Notes: generated from the sequence alone by a model not told the origin. A DNA stretch of 63,649 nt, filler included, from Asterionella formosa (GCA_002256025.1; 21 parts of 21 records of this genome joined end to end with filler, not necessarily neighbours in it); one strand, 5' to 3'. Counted from the whole stretch's first letter, positions 10,087 to 21,629 are shown. Numbers and translations are program-made.

Positions 10087-12168
10087 ATGTCTGTCCCAGC
10101 CAACGCCACCCTTTCTGACGCCCCCGATGCCATGCTCGAGCCTCAACCACTTCCTTATTCGTCGATGGCCCCCCCCTCGAATCAGGAAGTGCCTTTCCAA
10201 ACGTCATCGTTGTACGTCGGTGACCTAGCTCCAGATGTCAACGAAGGCCTTTTGTTTGAGATCTTCAACGCTGTTGGACCAGTTGCGTCCATTCGTGTCT
10301 GCCGTGATGCTATTACTCGTCGTTCTCTTGGATACTCCTACGTGAATTTTCATCAGATTGTTGATGCCGAACGTGCCCTCGACACCATGAACTACACCAT
10401 GATCAAGACCAAACCCTGCAGAATCATGTGGAGCCAGCGCGATCCCTCCCTTCGTCGCTCTGGAGTTGGAAATATTTTTGTCAAGAACCTTCATGAGTCG
10501 ATTGACAACAAGCAGCTTTACGACACCTTTTCACTATTTGGAAACATTCTGTCGTGCAAGGTTGTGACCGATCGCGAGACTGGAGGTTCGAAGGGATATG
10601 GATATGTCCACTACGAAACTGCTGAAGCTGCCAGTGCTGCTATTGACAAGCTTGATGGGATGTTGATCGATGGGCAGGAGGTTCAGGTGGGACACTTCAT
10701 GCGCCGAAACGAGCGCCCCGGACAGAACGACTGGACTAACCTTTACGTCAAGAACGTTCCACTGGAATGGGACGACAACAAGTTAACGGAAGAATTCTCC
10801 AAGTTCGGTGAAGTAGTCAGTTGTAGCATCACCAAGGGAACCCGCAAGTCGAAGAAAAATCTTTCGAAAGGAGAATCACCAGAAGGAGAGGATACTGAGA
10901 CTGCCGACGAGAACAAGGACTCCGATGAAGCGGAGGGAACGAAGGGGGACTCTCTCGGTTTTGGTTTTGTCAACTTCCAAGAACACGAGGCCGCCGCCGC
11001 TGCCATTGAAGCACTCAATGGTAAAGAGTTTACGACAGTTGGAGAAAATGGCGAAGAAATCACTATCGAAATGTATGTCGGACGCGCACAGAAGAAAGCC
11101 GAGCGTGAGCGTGAACTCCGCGCCAAGTTTGAAGCGGAAAAGATGGATCGTATTTCCAAGTTCCAAGGCGTGAACTTATATGTGAAGAATCTCGATGAAA
11201 GTGTTACGGATGAGACCCTCCGCGACGAATTTGCCGCGATGGGCACTATTACCTCTGCTCGTGTCATGAAGGACATGAAGGACGGCAGATCGCGAGGCTT
11301 TGGCTTTGTATGCTATTCATCCCCTGAAGAGGCTACCCGAGCAGTCAATGAGATGAACGGAAAACTTGTTAACAGCAAACCTATCTTTGTTGCCTTAGCT
11401 CAGCGAAGAGAAGTCCGTCGCGCTCAGCTGGAAGCACAACACGCCACACGTGGACCTGGTGGTCCAGGAGGGCCTGGACAGCCAGGGATGATGCGTGGTG
11501 GACCAATGCCTCCCATGGGATACCCTGGTGCTATGCCAATGTATATGCCAAGACCAGGACCTGGCGGCGCCATGCAACCTGCTTACCCCATGATGCCCCA
11601 AATGATGGGTCCTGGCGGGCGTGGTGCTGGACCAAGGCCAGGAGGGTACCCAGGCATGATGCCAGGTCAACCAGGACGAGGGGGTTACCCCATGCCCTAT
11701 GGTATGATACCTGGACAACCTGGACAGCCTGGACGGGGAGGAGGACGTGGACGTGGGAGAGGTCCTATGGTTCAAGGCCGAGGAGGACCAAATCCAATGA
11801 TTGGACGAGGCCCGAATCAGAATATCAAGTTCAGCCAGCAAGTTCGCAACGCCGGGGCTCCCGGAGGCATGCCTCCTGGAGCTCAAAGTCAAGGTGTCGC
11901 ACTTCCACAACCTCAAATCGAGGGTGCCCTGACAGCATCCGCTCTTGCCTCTGCCTCTCCTGAGATGCAGAAGAACATGATCGGAGAACGTCTCTACCCA
12001 CTTATTCATCATTCTCAACCTGACCTTGCTGGTAAAATTACTGGAATGCTTCTTGAGATGGACAACTCTGAGCTTCTCCATCTTTTAGAAAGTCCCGAAG
12101 CTTTGAACGCCAAAATTTCTGAAGCTCTTCAAGTGTTGGAGGCTCACAACGCCATTCCGATTGAATAA
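10087..12168 (+). CDS. PABP: Cytoplasmic polyadenylate-binding protein (4 RRM, Pro/Gly/Met linker, MLLE domain)
   Basis: SLYVGDL, RSLGYSYVNF, IMWSQRDPSLRRSGVGNIFVKNL, NLYVKNL and KNMIGERLYPLI...AGKITGMLLEMD. The likely start is the first ATG (MSVPANAT), not the TTG at 9952. Confidence 0.98.
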   Translation: MSVPANATLSDAPDAMLEPQPLPYSSMAPPSNQEVPFQTSSLYVGDLAPDVNEGLLFEIFNAVGPVASIRVCRDAITRRSLGYSYVNFHQIVDAERALDTMNYTMIKTKPCRIMWSQRDPSLRRSGVGNIFVKNLHESIDNKQLYDTFSLFGNILSCKVVTDRETGGSKGYGYVHYETAEAASAAIDKLDGMLIDGQEVQVGHFMRRNERPGQNDWTNLYVKNVPLEWDDNKLTEEFSKFGEVVSCSITKGTRKSKKNLSKGESPEGEDTETADENKDSDEAEGTKGDSLGFGFVNFQEHEAAAAAIEALNGKEFTTVGENGEEITIEMYVGRAQKKAERERELRAKFEAEKMDRISKFQGVNLYVKNLDESVTDETLRDEFAAMGTITSARVMKDMKDGRSRGFGFVCYSSPEEATRAVNEMNGKLVNSKPIFVALAQRREVRRAQLEAQHATRGPGGPGGPGQPGMMRGGPMPPMGYPGAMPMYMPRPGPGGAMQPAYPMMPQMMGPGGRGAGPRPGGYPGMMPGQPGRGGYPMPYGMIPGQPGQPGRGGGRGRGRGPMVQGRGGPNPMIGRGPNQNIKFSQQVRNAGAPGGMPPGAQSQGVALPQPQIEGALTASALASASPEMQKNMIGERLYPLIHHSQPDLAGKITGMLLEMDNSELLHLLESPEALNAKISEALQVLEAHNAIPIE

Positions 12169-12277
12169 AGTCCAACAGTTGACACTTAATGGTTAGGATT
12201 CCGTCTGGCAAGCATCGGTTGGCACCTACGCGTTTGTGAAAAAGGAATGAATGTTCTCATTGGCTGATCTTGCTGGA

Positions 12278-12520
12278 AGCGCAGACATCAACTGGTGATG
12301 TACAATAATAGTTTCAACGTAACGGTATAGAGCCTTTGGGTAAGAAAGGCGATTGCTAGCGCAGAGACATTAAGTGGTGATGTACAATAGTAGTTTCAAG
12401 TTAACGGTATCAGCCCCTGGGTAAGAAAGGCGACTGCTAGCGCAGACATCAACTGGTGATGTACAGTACCGGTAGTAGTTTCAACTTAACGGTATGCCTT
12501 TGGGCAAGCCAGGCGATTGC
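12278..12520 (+). repeat. Three tandem ~80-bp repeats downstream of the PABP stop
   Basis: Units start at 12278, 12358 and 12439: AGCGCAGACATCAACTGGTGATGTACA...GTTTCAAC.TAACGGTAT..GCCTTTGGGTAAGAAAGGCGATTGC. Confidence 0.92.
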
Positions 12521-12601
12521 CTGTTCGCAAACAACTAGAGCCAGTGAAAAGGAGAAAAATGTATTCTGTTGTTCAAATTAGTTAAGGTTTTCGACTCAGG
12601 C

Positions 12602-14044
12602 TTACAAGTAGCCAATAACCATATCAACGATGAGCACAGCAGTGAAAAAGGCAGCACCTTGTTGATACAACTCTTTTCTTTGCCGACCTTTGCCTTGATC
12701 AACGTGAAGGTGTTCTCTAAAGCTCTTGATCAGCTCTTCTCCGACTGTATCCAATTGTGTAAAATGAATAGTTTGAACTTCCCGAAATTCAAGGAGAGAG
12801 ATCTTGGGGGCTAGCTCCACATAACGTTTACGACCACCCAAACCAGTATCAATCATGACATTGTCAATTTTGTTACATTGGTGCGCCTTTTCAGCCCAAG
12901 CGTATATGCAACGAAGTCTCTGCGGCATTTCAATTTCTTCTTCAAAGTGCTTGTTGAGAGTTTCTTGAAATAACTTCAACAATCGTTTCTTAACTTTCTG
13001 TTCCTTTCTGCGAGCTCTCCAACCTGTCGGGGGTTTTGCTTCCTGGTTATCACCAATCGACAGAGGAGCTCGGACAGGACGAGCAGTGATGGCTTCCTCC
13101 AACAAACGCCGCACTGACGCCTGCACGGGGGTAATCGATAGCTTACAAACTCTTTCCATTTCCACTTGATCCAATAATCCATCTCCGTCTCGATCAAGTA
13201 GATTCCATAAGGCATCCGTGCGAGTTCGGCACGTTCCAGTCGCGAACGAGTTCAAAACATCCAAGAGCTTGTCTTTCCGCAAAGTAGTGGCTTGGGGGAG
13301 AAGTGAAACTCCTTGAGTAGCAGCTCTGTCGAGATCTGCATCGGAAACCTTTGTCAGTTCATTCCATGCCTTTTTTAGTTGGGTAACAGTCTCTTGAAGC
13401 AATGCTAAGCGATACCTTATGACGCATTGCTCAACCGTCCCCTCCCGCAATTCGCTACCATATGCGGAAAGATCACCATCCTCAGCAGTGATCTCTTTTG
13501 GCTCTAGAATGTCTCTAATATCTTGAAGGTAAAGCGTCTTTGGAAGCCCAAGGAGAATAGATTGAATTTCCTGATCAACGTTCGTCAAGAAGCCTTCCCA
13601 GTGAGATTGGGTCAACAAGTCCTTGTCATTTACTTGCTCCGCCATCCATTCTTGTAGGTCCATCAGTATTGTGGAACTGGTTGCTTCTAAGGAATCCGAT
13701 GCCTTCGCAATGACATGCATTCCATCAGCTAGGTACAAGTCCAGCAGCTGTTCGGGTGTGGCTGCGTCATCAAGTGACAACTGGCCAACGACTAATTCCC
13801 CTCGTAATTCTCCCAACTTGTCTCGCTTTGCTGACGTTGCCGACCAAACTCCGCCAATCCGTGCATCCATTTCCCCTGGAATGGTACTTCCCGAAAACGT
13901 CTGAAGCGGTGTCCCCGGTGACATGGGGGAGAAGCCCATATTCGAGGAAAATTGACGATGCACAATAGTAAGGGAGTGTCTTGTTGGTGACACCGTCCAA
14001 CGTCGAAGGCATACTCTCGATGCTGCAGCTGCCTGTGTGCTCAT
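12602..14044 (-). CDS. EF-hand-containing protein with putative mitochondrial presequence and C-terminal TM helix
   Basis: Long intronless ORF with EF-hand loop DRDGDGLLDQVE, Arg/Ser-rich N-terminus from ATG 14044, and hydrophobic C-terminus AAFFTAVLIVDMVIGYL. Confidence 0.85.
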   Translation of the reverse strand: MSTQAAAASRVCLRRWTVSPTRHSLTIVHRQFSSNMGFSPMSPGTPLQTFSGSTIPGEMDARIGGVWSATSAKRDKLGELRGELVVGQLSLDDAATPEQLLDLYLADGMHVIAKASDSLEATSSTILMDLQEWMAEQVNDKDLLTQSHWEGFLTNVDQEIQSILLGLPKTLYLQDIRDILEPKEITAEDGDLSAYGSELREGTVEQCVIRYRLALLQETVTQLKKAWNELTKVSDADLDRAATQGVSLLPQATTLRKDKLLDVLNSFATGTCRTRTDALWNLLDRDGDGLLDQVEMERVCKLSITPVQASVRRLLEEAITARPVRAPLSIGDNQEAKPPTGWRARRKEQKVKKRLLKLFQETLNKHFEEEIEMPQRLRCIYAWAEKAHQCNKIDNVMIDTGLGGRKRYVELAPKISLLEFREVQTIHFTQLDTVGEELIKSFREHLHVDQGKGRQRKELYQQGAAFFTAVLIVDMVIGYL

Positions 14045-15836
14045 GCTGCTGCTGCTGGAATTTTTCAAGTTTGACTTCAGACTAATAAAAGCTCAAGTCA
14101 GCGTTTTAGAGAGATTATTGCTGCCCCGCCCGCCATTCGGATGATATGAATGTTTTCTGGCGTTAAATATTATACATTTGTTATAGTCGAGCCATCCAAA
14201 ATTGAAAAGTATACCGGTAATTACTTTAGACTAATATATTTGCATTATATAGCATTACGGTAGTAGACGTACTACCGGTACGCACAGGTACCGGTATACA
14301 GTTCGTCATGATAACATATATATATCCGTCCTGCTAAAATGTTTTCTTATGTAACATGGTGACAGCGACTGCGAAATGTTTCTCTCTCAAATCTCAGCCA
14401 GTCATCTTTCCCTGGCCTTTTTAAATCCATTATTATATTCATACTCGATACTTGCATATCCATCAGGTCTAATGATAAAAGGCATCACTTCTTATTCTCT
14501 GCAACAAACTACAAATTGGTCCATGTTCTGGTGGAGACAACTGACATTTCACTGCTACTTTGTCAATGACCCACCACCCCAACATTTGCCACCAAAACAT
14601 AATGAGACATGGTAGTTAGGAGTCTGTAGTAAAGGGGTGAATTCTTCCAAAAGGCTGGACATGGTGCACATTAGCATTCTTTCATTATATTTTCTTTTCC
14701 AAAAAAGGATGCAATCACATATAATTAAAATGGTGGGATTTGACCATAAGGCGGGGGGGGGGGGCTAGAACTAGTACACTCAGGTACTACTCATTGTTAT
14801 ATTCTGAGATTGCAGATTCCCTGAATAGCCTGGCAGAGATGTCAATACTACCTGAAGGGTTTTTGAGTTATGAAAATAGCTATTTAAAAATTCATTGCCT
14901 TTTTGGTGGAATGATTACCAAGAATGTAAACAAAATTCTATGGTACTACTACTAGCAGTGCATCCTAATAGCGAGCGAGCTATCCCATGAAATCTAAGGA
15001 CCCTGTCAACTTAAAATATTGATCCCTCACAGGGCAGCAGGAGTACATTTTCTGGTGACCCTATACCTAGCTATGTTACTGGTACAAAGGAATCCGGAAT
15101 ATATCCATGTTCAAGTCCAGGGTGTAGAGGTGGAGAAAGCTATCCCCGCTCCTCCTAAATTTCTGCATTTTTATTTCTAATTTCAGCGCTAAATTAGTAG
15201 AACCCCTTGCTTCTGTTCCTTCATCATTGCAACCAAACTTAGGTCAGTGCCTCTCTCATAAAGCGCACGCTCTAATAATTCTCCGCCTAATGGCCCCTCC
15301 AAATAAAAAATCATTCTGAATCGAATGGGGAATACAATATATGTTCTAAGTATTAAAGAAAAAGGGGAACCTGACCTCGATTTCTTTGTTGCATATTTCG
15401 TAGAATAGTGCCCTGATTGGAATGTTTGTTCTGGACCCCCCTTTTTTGTTGACCTTTTGTTTGTCAATATGCATAAGAAAAACGATTTGAAACCAGAACA
15501 GCGACAATATATCGTCGATTGCTCGCTTCGCAACCTCAAAAGGGAGGCTGGTGATCATAAATCAGGGCGCGCACAAAACGTTCGCTGACATCGGTAGAAC
15601 CAAAATCCTTTTTTTTCCAGAAATGAATGGCTGCTCGCTAGTTTTTTTAGCTAGATTTCTTTGGTAGTAATAGCCGATATTACACACATGGATATGGGTC
15701 AGTACACTGGCCAGCACAAATCAATAACCCTGATCTATCCATATGTATCACTATTTAGCATTATATTCATTAAATAGTATAAAAATCTAACTAACGTACC
15801 CATAGCCTACATCGACTCGTATAGAGAGTGCATATT

Positions 15837-18268
15837 GCTTCCACTACAGAGGCCTTCTATAAAGGACGTGGATCAAGCCGGTTAGTCGTTGAGCGTGTTG
15901 CAAGAACTATACCGGAACAGACAGAGTGTCATAACACCAATGACAAAAAACCGCCTCCTACTTGGAAGATGCTGACAGCACTATTATTGAAGGCAATATA
16001 CGCCTGAGTTGGTCTTATGTCTGCGAGTATACATGTGTACTTGGCTGGGTTGGCACTCATGATAGCTAGGGTGACCTTCTCACAGCTCCAGGAAAGCATG
16101 TAGCCGCTGAGAAGGGTATTGTTGAAGCAATTCAAAGCCTAGCTATCGTCTCGCCATTCACTTACCTACTGGCTGCCCACTCATTGAGCATAAATGTTAT
16201 TTTGAGCTGGCTATTGCCCATCATATAAAATATATTTTGCATATTTACTATCTTCACATCGAAATCTGCAATTGGTCCAATATTTCCCACCATTAAATTA
16301 TATATTTCATATGTTAACATTTCGGGAGTACGATTTAATCCAATTGACCCTCAGTTTTCCAGCCCTTGTAGGATTGCCGAAAGCGGCAAGGGCGGGTCTA
16401 CTAAAGGAATCTATTCTGTATACCGGTACTCTACAAATTTATAAAAATATATCTTGTTGTATTCACCTCCTTTGTGTTTGTCCCCTGAAAAGTGACAGTG
16501 GCGATTCACCTTTCACCATGCATGGTGATCATCGTCCCCCATCATTCCCAGTCTAAAGCGAAATGAGCTAATTGATGACGCCTATAGTGATTCGTCGTCA
16601 AACGGATGTGGTTGGTTGCTTCTTGGTTTGCTCTTCTTCTCGCGGGATTCATGTAGTAGCATCGTACATATTTGTTAGCTCGAACAATGATTCCGATATA
16701 TTTAATGTTGGTGGCAAGTTTTTGCGCTGGCCATTTATGTGCTTAGCGGATATTCTAGTCTTGTAGTCTTTATATGTGCATAGTACTACTAAAAGCAACC
16801 ATACATTATGTTTTAACCTAAACTTTAAGAACGCGTACTTAAATACATTATAATATATTTTTTGTAGATTCGCTATTATAATTACGAGACCAGAATGTTG
16901 AATTATATCCTTCACATAATCATTGATTTTACGTATGCCTGATTTTGTCCTCACAATTATAATTCTCACTCTGTCCTGGTTGTCATTGCTCAATTCAGGC
17001 TTGCAAGAACAGCAGGAACCTTTCGACTTTCGATTGATCCCATCATTGTTTGCTGCTTGTTATGCTGCCTAGATGCAGTGGATTGGTGAATACAACAGTG
17101 AAACACAGAATGCTCAATGTAACTCTTTACACCACAGGACAACACCCGGCCCTTCATCTCTCAACTCGCCCAAGACCACCACTGACATCAGGGCTCCATC
17201 CGCCATCAATGCCTCATCAACCACAGTGCCCCGCATCGTCCCACACAGTACCCTACGTAGCAGCTATGATTTCTTACCGGGCGCTGCACACCCCGGTGCA
17301 ACCCAACAAACTCCACAGTACTAGTCGAGGATCTATAACGTGTACTTAAAAATTTAATTTGCAATTATAGATGCTATTTGTCTGATTTGCGATTTCATTG
17401 TTTCTATTCTCCATTTGATCGCTTCCGTCGTTTTTCGTTGTTCTGTACAGTCGTTTGGTTCTATTGTATCCATCCACACAAGGGCCGATGTATGCATCAA
17501 TGCCCACTCTTTGAAGATGTATTGTTGGTTCTTGTTCTTGATCTTATTTGTTGATTTGTATTGGTCTTGTCAAACATGACGTCAATATTGGCACCAAGAA
17601 ATGATTTTCTTGTACTAACTCGGTTTGCTATCTTTCTACTCAGAGTTCATATCGCAAGATTCAATGTAGGGAGCTGATACAGGAGTGGCCTGGCTAGTAT
17701 CCTGCACAGAATCATTTGATCAGGGTTGTTTGGTTGGGGCAGCAGAAGGGCAACTGCTACTTGGATTCTGCCTTCAGGCTACATCTATGTGAATAGTTCC
17801 AACAACCAAATCATCTACTCTATAGTATGATACAGATCTCAATTGGGTTCAGAGTTTCTATTTCTTTTTCTTTGTTATTTCGTTGGTCGATTCTGTGATG
17901 GAAAGGCCATGCTGCCAGTGTAAGTACTAGCAAAATGCATGCATCTCCATGGAAACTGATACTTTTTCCTTCACTTCTAACCCAAAACAATTTTATTTAT
18001 TTCTCACATGACACTACTTTTCACATTGCACGTCATTAACAACCATCATGTTCAATTTTTATTGATATTGTATGTTAAAATCATTCTCGCGTGTTTTGAT
18101 GCTCGTTCTACCACGCAAAATATGTATTTCTATATGCATCATTTATACTACCGTATGTACCTTCATTCTAGCTCTGCTTCTACAGCGGGCTTCTTTGAAG
18201 GACGAGGATCGAGCCGGGTTAGTCGCTGAGTGTGTTGCAACTATGGATACCGGAACAGGGGGAGTGTG
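15837..18268 (+). repeat. Most complete copy of the ~2 kb non-coding repeat family, bracketed by ~93-bp diverged direct repeats, with a ~250-bp insertion
   Basis: 15985-16903 aligns to 30170-31134 and 57478-58440, and in part to 44478-45141. 16872-18114 aligns to the reverse complement of 2834-3816. Direct repeats at 15837-15929 and 18176-18268. No long ORF. Confidence 0.85.
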
Positions 18269-18450
18269 TTTCAGCATGTTCCTCATACGCGCCTATGATG
18301 CATGGTTGTGGTTCTAGACTATGTACATTTAGTGTACTCACTAGCTAGTAAATACTCCTAGCAATTACGATTCCATGATGGTCTAGCATCGCTCCATATT
18401 CTTGGATACAATACTGTACGCGCAGACAACTTACATTAACCTACATGTAA

Positions 18451-19710
18451 ATGACTAGCAATCATAGTAGTTTCGCTTCCGTTGAAGACGTGATCCTGGT
18501 GATTGGATCCTGCTGCCTCGACCGTCTCTTGACTGTCTCGTCTTACCCCAGCGCCGATGAAAAGATTCGATCGACAGCATACCATGAAGGTGGAGGTGGA
18601 AACGCTGCGAATACTGCGCATACCATGGCCTTGCTTGCCAACGCTTCGTTCCTGAATAAGGTTATTCGCATCAAGTTGCTTACCAAGATCGGTAATGACG
18701 ATGTGGGGAGACAACTTACCGAGGAGTTGCAGACAGCAGGTGTCGACCTGTCCTCGCCATTATTCATCACTGCGGGCGGCGACACAACAACACCTTTTAC
18801 CACAGTAGTGGTGTCAGAACTAGAGCATACAAGGACTTGTATTCACACGCCAGGGACTTGTGGAGAATTGGTATTAAAAGACTTGGAAGATGTTACTATA
18901 GATCAAATCTTGGAAAATGTCGTACATTTGCATTCCGACTGTAGACACACGAATTTGGCATTCGCTCTGGCTCGTGAGGCACGAAACAGAGGAATACCTG
19001 TTTCGGTAGATGCCGAGAAAGATAGACACATTGAATCTATGGATGGTCTACTTGATCTTGCTACACTACTATTTACAAATTCAACTCAACTAGACACATA
19101 TTTCGCTCGAAGGATTGGTGAATTAAACGGAACTAATATTGATGAATTGCCAGAGATTCTACCGTCTTTTTTGGAACCAAAGAACATACATCTCGTTTGC
19201 CAAAAGAGTGTCGCCCCAAGTCGATATTTTTTACAATGGTATGGTCAACGCGCAAAAGAAGTTGTTATTACGAAAGGAAGTATGGGAGCACTTCACATTA
19301 GTTGTTGTGCAACATCAGCGACCATGTCAGAACCGATTCCATCCGTTCACGACCTCCCATCAGAGACCTCAGGTAATACACTGATAGCCGTAGAGACAAT
19401 CACAGGAAAGAAGCGAATGTACACTATTCATTCAGCTGGTGTTCTGCGAAAGGATATAAACATTGTCGATCCAACTGGAGCTGGCGATGCGTTTATTGGA
19501 GCATTTATCTTATCTCGATTTGCAAGTACTACAAAAGATCACATCCAATTTGGATTAAACTTTGGATCGTGGGTAGCGGGCCGAAAACTGGGAGGAACAG
19601 GAGCCAGGAGTGCCCTCCCACGGGCTTCCGCTGTTGACATGTGCCTGGGACGAACGGTAGAAGAAATGGAAGCAACGCTAAGTAGCAGTATTTCTGGATT
19701 TGGAAGTTGA
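18451..19710 (+). CDS. PfkB-family carbohydrate kinase (ribokinase/ketohexokinase-like)
   Basis: GGGNAAN, KIGNDDVG, VITKGSMGA and signature DPTGAGDAFIG. Confidence 0.93.
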   Translation: MTSNHSSFASVEDVILVIGSCCLDRLLTVSSYPSADEKIRSTAYHEGGGGNAANTAHTMALLANASFLNKVIRIKLLTKIGNDDVGRQLTEELQTAGVDLSSPLFITAGGDTTTPFTTVVVSELEHTRTCIHTPGTCGELVLKDLEDVTIDQILENVVHLHSDCRHTNLAFALAREARNRGIPVSVDAEKDRHIESMDGLLDLATLLFTNSTQLDTYFARRIGELNGTNIDELPEILPSFLEPKNIHLVCQKSVAPSRYFLQWYGQRAKEVVITKGSMGALHISCCATSATMSEPIPSVHDLPSETSGNTLIAVETITGKKRMYTIHSAGVLRKDINIVDPTGAGDAFIGAFILSRFASTTKDHIQFGLNFGSWVAGRKLGGTGARSALPRASAVDMCLGRTVEEMEATLSSSISGFGS

Positions 19711-19952
19711 ATTCCGAAAGGCAGGATGATATGTCACGTTATCAATTACTTCTCAACATAGTATGAAATATTAAGGTCCTTCGCCCACTCTCTATAGGTA
19801 AAGCAATATTGCAGATTCTAGCGCTGGCAGCTCAAAAAATTTCATGCACACCGACAAAGAATTACACAAACTACCTAGATAATGTATCTTGAGATAGTGA
19901 GTACAACCGGGCCTGAGATCAAAGCAGCCATATGCTAGGAACTGTTCTTTCC

Positions 19953-20773
19953 TCATCTAACGGCCCAGATTGGAACTCCACTTAGCAGACTTGCCGTCAA
20001 AATCCCACTTGCCATCAAGGCGAAGGTCCCGCAAACGTTCATGAGAAAGACGACCAAGCCGAAGGCAACTGGTTTGCTCACATTAAAGCGTTCCTGTAGG
20101 TTCTGGATAGCTCTCTCCCAATATGGCGAAATGGCAATGGACAAGGCAAATCGGAAAGGTCGAATAATATTGGACAAGATGTAGAAACCCGCGTATGCAG
20201 CAGTGAAGGCTTTCCATTGTCCTGGTGCCAGTGGAGAAAGTCCAGACTATTTGAAGGAAAAACATGTTAGGAATTGATTTTGAAGCTGACTCATTGTGTA
20301 TATCACTTCACTTCACTCACTCGTTTGGAAGCAATGTACCAAGCGCAAGAAACAGAGACAGCACCGAAAGCGTTGCTGACAAATCCATACGCCAACAAAA
20401 CATTGGTTCCCAACTTGGCCAGTGCCTGTCGATCTAGCTTCTTCTCCTTGCCCTGTAGTCCCTTCACATTAGTCATCATCCTTCGTAATCGACCTATAAT
20501 ATTCTCCTCGGTTTGGGAAGACATTGATGAATCCATAGAAATGACAATATTGGGTTCGCCGGTCATATTATCCTGGACAGGTTCGGAAAGGTAGTCGTCA
20601 GACTGATCTTTCTCAGAATTCGTTCGAAGTGGTGAAAGACCACCATGGCGAAGTCGTGCCATTGAGTGAATGACGACTACATGCTTTGGGCTAAAGGCAG
20701 TCGACACAGCTACGATGGTCAAAAGATAGAATAATGCTAGTATGCAAGACTTCATGTTGTTGCTGCCTTTCAA
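19953..20773 (-). CDS. Conserved algal plastid-targeted membrane protein, 2 exons (intron 20247-20320)
   Basis: Signal peptide ending VSTA|FSP (ASAFAP-like). A 74-nt GTGAGT...TAG intron joins ...YGFVSN...AWYIASKR to SGLSPLAPGQWKAFTAAYAGFYILSNIIRPFRFALS... in frame. Confidence 0.85.
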
Positions 20774-21245
20774 CTGGCTCTCGACAAATCGCCATCCACG
20801 ATCAGGATGTTCATGGTGACAATTTACTCCTTCGTCTTATAGCACGACACGTGCGTATTTTATTGGTTGTTCCTGGTACTCCCTCTGTGCGTACACCAGT
20901 GTCGTACCAATATGTAGTGACGAGATTGCATCGATTTACAGAGCGACTCGATAAATGCCGAGAAAGAACTATTTAGGACGGATTACGTAGAGAGGGTCAG
21001 ATTACCGACTTCTGTGCTCGAAAAAATGCGTTTCATGACTTACATACTAGATGTGAATGTATGGACCCTGATTCTGGAATTAAACTACCAGCTACCAGGT
21101 ACCGGAATTAGCATTTAAATAAAATAATCGAAACCAGTTGAACATACATTATATGCATTGGCAACATGTTTATTTAAAGAAATCCCTTGCATTGATTTTG
21201 CTAGTATGATTGATTTCATTCATCATCATGATAATTGTCATCAAA

Positions 21246-21520
21246 ATGGATGTTGACATGAATGACATCCCTGCTCCTGATGGTCAGATCCTTGGCTTGA
21301 TGGCAAGCAATAATGGGCACAGCTGTGTCAATTATCACTGTTATGGATCAACTGTGAAAGTTGGATCTGTGCCCTTCTTCAATTGGTGTGCAGTGCTGGA
21401 CAAGGTCCTCAAAGAACTCGAGGATGCAATCCAAGTGACAGTGGACTACTATGACCTCCATCCACAAGGTCAAAGGTGCAGAGTTGGGTAACTTTCCAGG
21501 AGAATTGAAGCTGACAAAAT
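21246..21520 (+). pseudogene. Decayed small Cys/His ORF of a repetitive diatom family, probably a DNA-transposon accessory gene
   Basis: DGQILGL...NGHSCVNYHCYGSTVKVG...EDAI...CRVG*LSR resembles a recalled pattern (DGEIVGL..NGRSC..H..CG..V.VG...CxVGFLPR). In-frame stop at 21489. Confidence 0.4.
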
Positions 21521-21629
21521 CGAGGCAGTGCAGCATTTTAATCGTACTGCTGTACTTGTTAAACTGCACAATAAACTATATATATATCATACGTGTTTCA
21601 GGGTATATCAATATGAATGGTAGGAGTAA

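Noticed and set aside
10743..12081. Long antisense ORFs over PABP (and similar ones over Copia pol, eIF3j and the Pro/Thr-rich gene)
   Set aside because: Shadow ORFs caused by codon bias of the real sense-strand genes.
12278..12520. Tandem repeats considered as a CRISPR array or C/D snoRNA cluster
   Set aside because: No unique spacers and no cas genes in a eukaryotic context; no box D CTGA in the units.
15686..15747. Imperfect inverted repeat CATGGATATGGGTCAG...CTGATCTATCCATATG
   Set aside because: Single short occurrence with no TSD or second copy in the window, so a MITE call is unsupported.
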